From an archaeon (GTDB lineage: Archaea > Nanobdellota > Nanobdellia > SCGC-AAA011-G17 > GW2011-AR18), in assembly GCA_023245385.1 (NCBI GenBank), contig JAHFKM010000001.1:1-48029 (forward strand): a stretch of DNA of 48,029 nt, read 5' to 3'. The position numbers and the translations under genes were made by a program. This document shows, one piece after another, positions 41,055 through 48,029 of the stretch (positions are counted from its first letter, which is position 1; the number at the start of each line of letters is the position of its first letter). The notes beneath the pieces were generated by a model. It made no database searches. It was given only the letters and a program-made list of their open reading frames with translations, and had not been told where the DNA came from.

Positions 41055-43943
41055 TTAAACATTGTTCTCTGAAGATACCGCCGGCGGAGAAGAATCAGAC
41101 TTAATTCTTTTTGAAGAAGAGACTTTAGTTTTTTTCTTTCGATTGTTTTCTTCAAGCCTAGATTTTCTTAAAGCATAATTAACAGGATTTTTAATAAACT
41201 TACACATCTCATCAGGCTGACAAACACCAAGAGCTTTGTAATAAGCAGGATTATCACAATTAGCAGGAAGAACTTTTTTGTTTTGCCTTCTGAACCAGTC
41301 TATTTGCGTTTTAATATATCCTGACAATAAAGGTTCATGATTTTTCCTATTCCATTCCAGAAGATACGTCTCAATATACTCAATAGCCCACCCCATATTA
41401 GAAAGAAAATTAATTAAAATAAACACCGCACGTTTTCTCCCATCCTCTTTTATCCCAGATAATAATAATTTCATACATGGTGGAAAATGTTTCTCATCAA
41501 TCGCATTTTTGGGAGCTTCGTAGATTCTCTTGATAGGAAGTTCCTGTGGAGCATATTGTTGTTTTTTCATAGCCCAATCAAACGCCTGAACAAGTAACTG
41601 TCGCGCTTCTCCCTTAATCGCAGTCTCTCTATCCAAAAATTTTAAAGTAACCTTAACATTCTCAGGTTTTGCATCATCTTTATTAAAATCTTTTATACTT
41701 TTAAGAGGAATACTTACCAACCCTGATTTTTCATTTACACTGTACGCAGCTCTGAACAAATGACGATTAGAAACCAAAACAGAATCAATATCTACCAAAG
41801 CGAAAGGATTAAATTTTCCTTCGAACATTGCATCTTCTTTGGTTTTTCCCGCCCTAACTGCTGCCTGTTCTATTGTTTGTCCCTGAAGAATTTTCGCAGT
41901 TAAATGATCTTTGATCATATCTTTCAAATAAGCCGCGATAATACGGACACCATCCGGGAAATAATCTTTAATAGGAACACCATTCACTTCATCCGGAAAC
42001 GCTTCAAAAGGAATGGCGATATGAAATCCATGATTTCCGGAAAATTTCAGAGAGTGATTTTTAATATCATGGAATTTTAAAGCTTCAATTAAAAGCTCGG
42101 CACAAAATAAGCTATAATTCAATTCTTTACTGTCCAAATCTAAACAGTTATGAGTAAAAATATTAAAACCGTGCATAAAATTATGATTCTTAGAAGTTTT
42201 AAGATCGTAATAATCCTGACCATACTGAATCAATTGAATCGATTTTATTTTGATAGGAAAAATGTGATTAGAAATAGCTTTTTTTAATGTAGAGTTCATT
42301 ACCTCTTGAATTAAAATAGAATTTGTTCTTTGATTAAGTCGTATTGCTCTGTATAAATTTAATTTTTTTATCCGGTCTTTCAATTTGCGTACTTTTTGAA
42401 TGTCAAAAAAGGGAGGATAGGAAGTATGTTTAGAAGGATGATTAATTAGAATCTGACCTAATCTAACACCTGATTTTTGAAGAAATTCTGGAGATAAAGA
42501 AGCCATTCGTTTTATCCCTTCAGAACCGGAAATTTTAAGGAGATTAGATCTATTTTTAATACGAAGATTATGGTGAACACCTAATCGAAGTAATATAAAA
42601 GATAGAGCATGAACCAAGGCATTACTCGAAGTGAATAGCTCGGCTCTAACACTTTTTATGTTCCATTCATTTCGTATATGACCATCACCATGGAAACAAG
42701 ATGTGATTAATCCGATCAAAAATTCTTCCGGAGCGGTTAACAAAAAGGAGGGGATATTTTTGGTATAAGAGTCAGTTCCTAGTTGGAATACCTCTTTAAA
42801 AAGAATCTCCAAGAGCTTAGAATTAACTCTAACCTTCAAAGAATTTTCAGTTTTATGTTTTTTTATACTACACCCAATTTTAGTGGAAAATATTTGATGT
42901 ATCGCAGAAACTACCTCTTGTGCTTCGTGTAATTCATGAGCACTAAAAACAAACTCAATTCTCGCATCATCCAAACTTCCTTCTGAAAGATAATAACCAA
43001 GCAGTTTCCCAAATTGATAATTCAGTGGTATAGTGAAAGGAATACTATGTTTTGAATGTAAGAAAGATATTTTTGGATCAATCAGAGATTTTAGTAATTT
43101 CTTATCAATTAGATCAAGATAAACGTTCAAAGGAAGGCTGTCTCGTTTTAAAGAGGATCTGGCTAAAATAGGAATAAACCGTTTAAATTCTTTCGAATAG
43201 CCCACATAAAATCGGGATAGTTCTTGATTCCAATTTCGAATAGTATGAACATACTTCAGAAAAATTTTACTCAAATGAGCAAGCAAATTAATTGAATTAG
43301 AAGAATCAAATAGGGAAGGTAAATTCAAGGGTTCGACTAAGTAATCTTGAAGAGTTAAATCTGTCGCCTTTTTTGAAACAATTCCATTGGAGGTAAAAAC
43401 TAAAACAGGGTGATCCTGACTTACATAAATAATTCTCCCATCCTCCACTTTTATTTTGATTAATAATTCTTTTAATTTTGAAGGTCGGATAATAAACTCT
43501 TCAACTCGATCCAGTTGAATTTTTAAATTTGAAGGATCTACTGAGAAAACTTGTAAACATTCAGGGATCAAAAATCGCCCATACCCTTTAAGGTTAAGAG
43601 TTTCAGTTAATGATTTAAAATCTGATGCAATAAATTCCCCCTCCAAAAAAGCAAAAATTTTTTCGAATCCGGGAACACAGGCATCCCAACCACGGCGAAG
43701 ATTATCCAACTCTTTTTTAGCCAAACCTGGTTTTAAGGTAAGCGGATCATGCCAACGTTCTTCTGAAATATGAAAAGAAGTCATTCCCTGTTTAATTAAA
43801 TCATTTAAGTCCCCAGGAAAATGAATAACTTCAGGTCTTCTTCCACGAACAGCTCCAAACCACGCCTGAACTTCTCTGTCCTGCGCTTGCCGTAAAAGCT
43901 CTTCCTGAACATCTTTCCTAGAATAATACTCCTTCAAGTCCAT
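41055..43943 (-). CDS. priS: Fused DNA primase PriS-PriL(C-terminal Fe-S domain), intein-containing precursor
   Basis: The N-extein ends ...NLRRGWDA. The C-extein starts CLDLDSKE (DxD), followed by FSGNHGFHIAIP. The C-terminal HFPPCMKLLL...PANCDNP...GVCQPDEMC is PriL-CTD-like. The start is at an internal ATG with a TATA-like box ~25 nt upstream (43965-43971). Confidence 0.8.
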   Translation of the reverse strand: MDLKEYYSRKDVQEELLRQAQDREVQAWFGAVRGRRPEVIHFPGDLNDLIKQGMTSFHISEERWHDPLTLKPGLAKKELDNLRRGWDACVPGFEKIFAFLEGEFIASDFKSLTETLNLKGYGRFLIPECLQVFSVDPSNLKIQLDRVEEFIIRPSKLKELLIKIKVEDGRIIYVSQDHPVLVFTSNGIVSKKATDLTLQDYLVEPLNLPSLFDSSNSINLLAHLSKIFLKYVHTIRNWNQELSRFYVGYSKEFKRFIPILARSSLKRDSLPLNVYLDLIDKKLLKSLIDPKISFLHSKHSIPFTIPLNYQFGKLLGYYLSEGSLDDARIEFVFSAHELHEAQEVVSAIHQIFSTKIGCSIKKHKTENSLKVRVNSKLLEILFKEVFQLGTDSYTKNIPSFLLTAPEEFLIGLITSCFHGDGHIRNEWNIKSVRAELFTSSNALVHALSFILLRLGVHHNLRIKNRSNLLKISGSEGIKRMASLSPEFLQKSGVRLGQILINHPSKHTSYPPFFDIQKVRKLKDRIKKLNLYRAIRLNQRTNSILIQEVMNSTLKKAISNHIFPIKIKSIQLIQYGQDYYDLKTSKNHNFMHGFNIFTHNCLDLDSKELNYSLFCAELLIEALKFHDIKNHSLKFSGNHGFHIAIPFEAFPDEVNGVPIKDYFPDGVRIIAAYLKDMIKDHLTAKILQGQTIEQAAVRAGKTKEDAMFEGKFNPFALVDIDSVLVSNRHLFRAAYSVNEKSGLVSIPLKSIKDFNKDDAKPENVKVTLKFLDRETAIKGEARQLLVQAFDWAMKKQQYAPQELPIKRIYEAPKNAIDEKHFPPCMKLLLSGIKEDGRKRAVFILINFLSNMGWAIEYIETYLLEWNRKNHEPLLSGYIKTQIDWFRRQNKKVLPANCDNPAYYKALGVCQPDEMCKFIKNPVNYALRKSRLEENNRKKKTKVSSSKRIKSDSSPPAVSSENNV
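42147..43679 (-). mobile_element. 511-aa intein with LAGLIDADG homing endonuclease domain
   Basis: Begins with Cys (CVPGFEKIFAF). Block B is YVSQDHPVLV. LAGLIDADG motifs LLGYYLSEGS and LIGLITSCFHGDGH. Blocks F/G are YYDLKTSKNHNFMHGFNIFTHN, followed by the +1 Cys. Confidence 0.85.
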
Positions 43944-44045
43944 ACCTAAGAGAATGTTTTCTTGTTTAAATGAATTGTTATAATTGAAAATGATTTTCCC
44001 AATTATTAAGGAAAATAATATAAACAACTAAAACTTCTTTCTACA

Positions 44046-44558
44046 ATGGCTGCTGAAAAAATAAGTCTTGATCAGGCAAAACAAGATAAATTATTTTACT
44101 TCGTCGCGAATGTTGTAATCTTAAGAGAAGAAGACAAAAGATGTTTAATTCTGAAAAGAGATACTAAAGAAAAAGTACATCCTGGAAAATTCGCAGTTCC
44201 AGGAGGAAAGTTAGAATGGATAAATTTAGACCTTAACAAACCAACAAGATTAAACGGAGAAGTATTAGACTTTGAAAATGTTATTGAAGACTTACTCAAA
44301 AGAGAAGTCTTTGAAGAAGCAGGAATAGAAATAAAAAACAATCTAACCTATATCAACAGCGTCGCATTCATAAGACCAGATGGCATTCCCGTCGTTCTCG
44401 TAAAATTTGCAGCAAAATACAAATCAGGACAAATCAAATTAGAAAAAGGAGCGTTCACAGACTTTGCCTGGGTAAACCAGACAGAAATAAAGAACTATGA
44501 ATGCATCCAAGGTATCCCTGAAGAAATTTCCAAAACAATTCAACTATTCTCGCTCTAA
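44046..44558 (+). CDS. Nudix hydrolase
   Basis: PGGKLE...LLKREVFEEAGIE is a Nudix box with an insertion. A TATA-like box lies ~27 nt upstream (44014-44024). Confidence 0.7.
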   Translation: MAAEKISLDQAKQDKLFYFVANVVILREEDKRCLILKRDTKEKVHPGKFAVPGGKLEWINLDLNKPTRLNGEVLDFENVIEDLLKREVFEEAGIEIKNNLTYINSVAFIRPDGIPVVLVKFAAKYKSGQIKLEKGAFTDFAWVNQTEIKNYECIQGIPEEISKTIQLFSL

Positions 44559-44939
44559 AGAACCCATTTCTTTTTTAAAATACTGAATCTGCTCCGCTGT
44601 CCGCTCAGCTTCCTCCTCAAGCTGTCCAAAAAGTCGTTCCATTTCAATAAGTTGTTTGCTCACAGCTTCAACCGCTTCTAAAGGCGTTTTTTCAACACAA
44701 ATACTCGCTCCAACATTCATAATAAGACGAGTAGTATCTTTAACCTGCGCTTTGAGAAAAATTCCAGAACCAAGAGGAACAAGCGTTTCTGTTCCAGAAG
44801 AAGTGCTAGAAATAGTTTCAATATTCTCCTGAATCTTTTTCAAATCCTCAAGATGCTGGCCCACAGCATGAATATTTTGCTGAAGTTGCTGAAGTTGTTG
44901 AAAAAGAAGTTTGTATTCAAGAATTTTTTCCTGTCTCAT
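44544..44939 (-). CDS. pfdA: Prefoldin alpha subunit
   Basis: Coiled coil, then ETLVPLGSGIFLKAQV...LIMNVGASICVEKTPLEA (two beta hairpins), then coiled coil. Confidence 0.7.
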   Translation of the reverse strand: MRQEKILEYKLLFQQLQQLQQNIHAVGQHLEDLKKIQENIETISSTSSGTETLVPLGSGIFLKAQVKDTTRLIMNVGASICVEKTPLEAVEAVSKQLIEMERLFGQLEEEAERTAEQIQYFKKEMGSLERE

Positions 44940-45280
44940 TTCTTTTTCTTAGCAGCTTTTATCTCAGCTACTTTTTCCTCGATCTTCGCCTGATTTCTTT
45001 TTTTAAGAGTTTTCTCTTTTTTAACAGAAGTTTTTGTTCTTTTCTTTGATTCAACAACAGCGAGCCCTGCTTCTTTCATAGCCTCTACAACAGAAGAATG
45101 CACAGCTCCTTCCTCAAGATCCAAAAATTTTTCCAAAAGTTCCAAATGTTTAAGATTACATCTTCTTCTTCTTGTATTCCCATCAATAAGAACAAAACCT
45201 CCCTCAAGCGTTTCAACAATAACACAAAGCTGCCCAGCATCTCTTCCAGCGATTTTCATACACACTTGCCCAATCTTCAT
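44936..45280 (-). CDS. rpl14e: Ribosomal protein eL14
   Basis: KOW-like MKIGQVCMKIAGRDAGQLCVIVETLEGGFVLIDG and a K-rich tail. ATGA overlaps on both sides. Confidence 0.8.
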   Translation of the reverse strand: MKIGQVCMKIAGRDAGQLCVIVETLEGGFVLIDGNTRRRRCNLKHLELLEKFLDLEEGAVHSSVVEAMKEAGLAVVESKKRTKTSVKKEKTLKKRNQAKIEEKVAEIKAAKKKK

Positions 45281-45552
45281 AAGGTCATGCTCCGAGCTTT
45301 TTTAATAAAAACACTCCTCATACAACCAGAACATAAATTCCCACCAAAAGGACGCGTCGGTCTTTTTTTTGTAAGAGCTATTCTTTTCAAAACTATCGCA
45401 CGTACGCGAGGCATTCCTTTAAGCTCTGCCCCACAGAGTCTGCATTGTGCTTTATTTGGTTTTCTTTTTGAATAATGAAGAACAGTATTCCCACTTGGCG
45501 TTCTCGTAAAAATCTTACGCAAGGTTCCTGATCTGTGTTTTGGCGCTGGCAT
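45277..45552 (-). CDS. rpl34e: Ribosomal protein eL34
   Basis: RSGTLRKIFTRTPSGNTVLHYSKRKPNKAQCRLCGAEL...GGNLCSGC (zinc-ribbon Cys pairs). Confidence 0.85.
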   Translation of the reverse strand: MPAPKHRSGTLRKIFTRTPSGNTVLHYSKRKPNKAQCRLCGAELKGMPRVRAIVLKRIALTKKRPTRPFGGNLCSGCMRSVFIKKARSMTL

Positions 45553-45562
45553 GTGTGTCCCT

Positions 45563-46003
45563 TTAGTATACTTTTAATAATTTTCTAAGGATAATACTTA
45601 AGATAAGCGTTAAGATAATATAAGTTCCTAACCACCCAATATACCCAAAGAGTATTTTTCCGAACGGAGTAAATGTTGTTCTCATCCAATTAAAAACAAG
45701 AATCACCGGTAAAAAAGTAATGATCATAGGTTTTAGATTGTGCTTCATTGATTCCATATTTTTCTGAAACATTGTCTTTTGAAGTTCCATTACTTTTTTA
45801 GGATTATCTTTTTCCTGCTTCATCTCTGCCTGAAGACGCTGGAGTTCTTCCCGAAGAGTTTTAAGAGCATGCTGATCTGTAGCATACTTATAAACAATAG
45901 TAGTTATAAACGTAAGACTTGCTGCGACTACACTCACTCCCAAAAGCGGATCAAGAGTGATCGCCCATCCGAAGAGTGTATTAAAAAAAGTGTCAAAGAC
46001 CAT
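45563..46003 (-). CDS. DUF106 / archaeal YidC-Oxa1-like membrane insertase homologue
   Basis: TM, charged coiled hairpin (LREELQRLQAEMKQEKDNPKKVMELQKTMFQKNMESMK), then two TMs. It sits in the conserved position next to secY. Confidence 0.65.
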   Translation of the reverse strand: MVFDTFFNTLFGWAITLDPLLGVSVVAASLTFITTIVYKYATDQHALKTLREELQRLQAEMKQEKDNPKKVMELQKTMFQKNMESMKHNLKPMIITFLPVILVFNWMRTTFTPFGKILFGYIGWLGTYIILTLILSIILRKLLKVY

Positions 46004-47424
46004 TAAGATTCTCCACCCATCATTTTTCGTAGCGCAGGATGCATATCCATCATATGTTGTTTGGCAACATCCTCATATAGTCTGTAGATAATCATAACAG
46101 TTAAAAGGATTCCGGTTCCTCGCGCGAGTGCGCCAAGAAGATCTGCTGTTGCCGCAAGTAACCCTATCGTCGCACCACCCATAATCGTAAGAGGAAAAAT
46201 ATAACGCTCAAGTAAATGTTCAACAATACGCTCATCTCTTCTAAATCCGGGAATTTGTAATCCTGACGCGAGAATTTGTTGCGCCTGTTTTGACGCATCC
46301 ATTCCCGAAGTTTGGATCCAAAAAATACTGAAAACAACTGACCCACCCACTAAAAAAAGTGTATAGACAAGCGCTTGCGCAAGATCAAACCACGCAAACG
46401 ATCCAGTAAGAATGTCCTGCATAAGCCGTGGAACATGAAGCCAAAGCACAAGCCCTGTCGCAGGAGTATTTCCCGTGAACGTCCCCAAAAAAGGATGACC
46501 ATAATTTTGTAAAAGTCTTGCCCAAAGCTGGATATTCGCAAGAAGTGCAGCTACAAGAATAACAGGCATATTACTCGTATAAAGAAATTGAAGCGGCCAC
46601 CTATACCCAAAGCCACGAACGCGACCAAAACTAAGAGGAATTTCTACTTTCATCGCCTGCGCGTAAACAGATAAAATAAAAATAAGAACTGTCGCAAGAA
46701 CTGCAGCAAGCGCGATGAATGCTTCCTGCGGCGCTCCCGCGACAAGCGAAGTAAAAAAAACTAAAATCGCCCCTACCGGAGCTTGTCCCGAACCAAACGC
46801 AAATTGTCCAACACTATTCAATGGACTGAACGCGCGAATAAAAACTTCTGAAGAAACTCCCGCCGCGATAAATAAACTTATTCCCGATCCAAACCCCCAT
46901 TTGCTAATAACTTCATCCATAAACATAACAAGAATACCACCAATAATAAGCTGAAACACAAGAAGTAATTGTAAAACAAAATAACTACTCGTTCCACGAA
47001 TCTCAAGCGCAGGTGAGAGTCCTCCTAAAAAAACATACACTGAAGCTTCAAAGAGGATAAAAAAAAGAGTAAGTATCTTCTGAAGACCTTGAAAGAATGC
47101 TCTTCCTTCCGAACTAGTCGTATCAATCTTAAGAATACCTGACCCTACCAAAAGTTGAATAACAATAGATGCTGTAACAATAGGACCAATCCCCAACGAA
47201 AGAAGTGACCCAAAACTTGCGCCGAGAATAACTGAAAGTTGTTCAAACTGTGACAGAGCATTTGATCCTAACCCATACAAAGGAATAACACCAAGAATAA
47301 AAAAAGCAACAAGCGTAAGAAGCGTCCATTTAAGTTTTTCACTAAAGCTAAGTCGCGTTGGAGATTTCTTGACTTCTGGAAAATAGGTGAGAATCGCGTT
47401 AAGCAGGGACATTGTGGTCGACAC
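46003..47424 (-). CDS. secY: Preprotein translocase subunit SecY
   Basis: 10-TM profile. N-terminus ...ILTYFPEVKKSP...KLKWTLLTLVAFFILGVIPLYG. Follows uL15 as in all prokaryotes. The start could be a few codons downstream. Confidence 0.9.
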   Translation of the reverse strand: MSTTMSLLNAILTYFPEVKKSPTRLSFSEKLKWTLLTLVAFFILGVIPLYGLGSNALSQFEQLSVILGASFGSLLSLGIGPIVTASIVIQLLVGSGILKIDTTSSEGRAFFQGLQKILTLFFILFEASVYVFLGGLSPALEIRGTSSYFVLQLLLVFQLIIGGILVMFMDEVISKWGFGSGISLFIAAGVSSEVFIRAFSPLNSVGQFAFGSGQAPVGAILVFFTSLVAGAPQEAFIALAAVLATVLIFILSVYAQAMKVEIPLSFGRVRGFGYRWPLQFLYTSNMPVILVAALLANIQLWARLLQNYGHPFLGTFTGNTPATGLVLWLHVPRLMQDILTGSFAWFDLAQALVYTLFLVGGSVVFSIFWIQTSGMDASKQAQQILASGLQIPGFRRDERIVEHLLERYIFPLTIMGGATIGLLAATADLLGALARGTGILLTVMIIYRLYEDVAKQHMMDMHPALRKMMGGES

Positions 47425-47863
47425 GACCTCCTGTTGCTTGTATTTTCATCACTGCTGATGCTGATACAAAAGGCGTTCGTATGTGAAGTTTGTGTCGTGC
47501 TTTTCCTTTTCCTAAAAGTTTTTGATAGCCGAGTTTTTCTAAATCTACAACAAAAGAGTCGCCTTCTTTTGTGACTAAGCCCTGATGAACATAACTCTCG
47601 AGATGCGCTTCGAGATATTCAATATTAACTGTTTGAATATGCGCCTGCACTTCTTGCGGTCTCTTGAATCCTTTTTTTCCATAATAACTATTACCATACT
47701 GATTGATTATGCTTGGTTTTTTTTGATCTGCTCTCTTTCCTGTCCCAGCCATCCCCTTACCACCACGATTTCCTGCTCCCCTATTTTTCTTTTTTGATCC
47801 AAAACCATGAGTAGTTTTCGCTCCGCGCATACGCTTATCTTTTTTCCTTTTATACACAACCAT
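47399..47863 (-). CDS. rpl15: Ribosomal protein uL15
   Basis: GFGSKKKNRGAGNRGGKGMAGTGKRADQKK, a glycine/basic-rich N-terminus typical of uL15. Confidence 0.85.
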   Translation of the reverse strand: MVVYKRKKDKRMRGAKTTHGFGSKKKNRGAGNRGGKGMAGTGKRADQKKPSIINQYGNSYYGKKGFKRPQEVQAHIQTVNIEYLEAHLESYVHQGLVTKEGDSFVVDLEKLGYQKLLGKGKARHKLHIRTPFVSASAVMKIQATGGRVDHNVPA

Positions 47864-47867
47864 TCTT

Positions 47868-48029
47868 CTAAATCATTCTCCTAATCAGATCATTAATATG
47901 ATCTTTCCTATACCCTAAAGATCCACCAAGACTGTAAGGAACTTTTATCCCACCACGTTCAAATCCTTTTGTAGGAGGTTTAAGTCTGAAATACGGTTTC
48001 AGTGCTGGAACATCTTTGATATTTATTTT
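47868..48029 (-). CDS. rpl30: Ribosomal protein uL30 (5' end cut by window edge)
   Basis: The minus strand is open to the window edge. Reads ...[48 protein letters not shown], which matches the archaeal uL30 C-terminus. Confidence 0.8.
   Translation of the reverse strand, partial: KINIKDVPALKPYFRLKPPTKGFERGGIKVPYSLGGSLGYRKDHINDLIRRMI

Noticed and set aside
43944-44027. 28-codon N-terminal extension of the primase ORF (MFILFSLIIGKII...)
   Set aside because: It is hydrophobic, low-complexity and would cover the promoter. The ATG at 43943 gives a conserved-looking PriS N-terminus with a TATA box ~25 nt upstream.
1-48029. Stop-codon reassignment suggested by the aRF1 NIKD variant
   Set aside because: TAA, TGA and TAG each terminate well-conserved proteins at their expected C-termini in this window.
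1-48029. CRISPR arrays, rRNA genes, large direct or inverted repeats
   Set aside because: Reading by eye found no regularly spaced repeat array or rRNA-like conserved block. Only short repeats are reported. A computational repeat scan would be needed to exclude diverged long repeats.

Overview
AT-rich, gene-dense archaeal chromosome segment, probably from a small-genome DPANN-type archaeon. Evidence for this: aRF1, class I LysRS, Cbf5, Hjc, ABCE1, ribosomal proteins eS19/eL39/eL31/eL14/eL34, the uL30-uL15-SecY block, and a compact fused primase. Most of the window is informational housekeeping: PolB, ValRS, LysRS, aRF1, primase, ribosomal proteins, SecY, prefoldin and base-repair enzymes. Three tRNA genes are present: Thr-CGU, Leu-UAA and Phe-GAA. 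Accessory material is interleaved with the core genes. It includes a truncated integrase and cargo next to tRNA-Leu, a HEPN-MNT pair and a RelE-like module. It also includes a Zot-like membrane NTPase cassette next to tRNA-Thr, several proteins with pilin-type signal peptides, and a two-gene surface-protein operon. The strongest observations are: (1) a PriS-PriL(CTD) fusion primase split by a 511-aa LAGLIDADG intein next to the catalytic DxD motif; (2) a tRNA-Phe that folds only if two short non-canonical inserts are removed; (3) a 918-aa pilin-signal secreted protein behind an (AT)8 promoter repeat; (4) an HPF/S30AE-like protein coupled to Hjc. Most first genes have a TATA-like box about 26 nt upstream of the ATG, implying leaderless mRNAs, while internal genes use GGAGG-type Shine-Dalgarno sites or ATGA overlaps. 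No CRISPR array, rRNA or clearly complete defence or mobile system was found. All family calls rest on motif recognition by eye and need HMM or BLAST confirmation.
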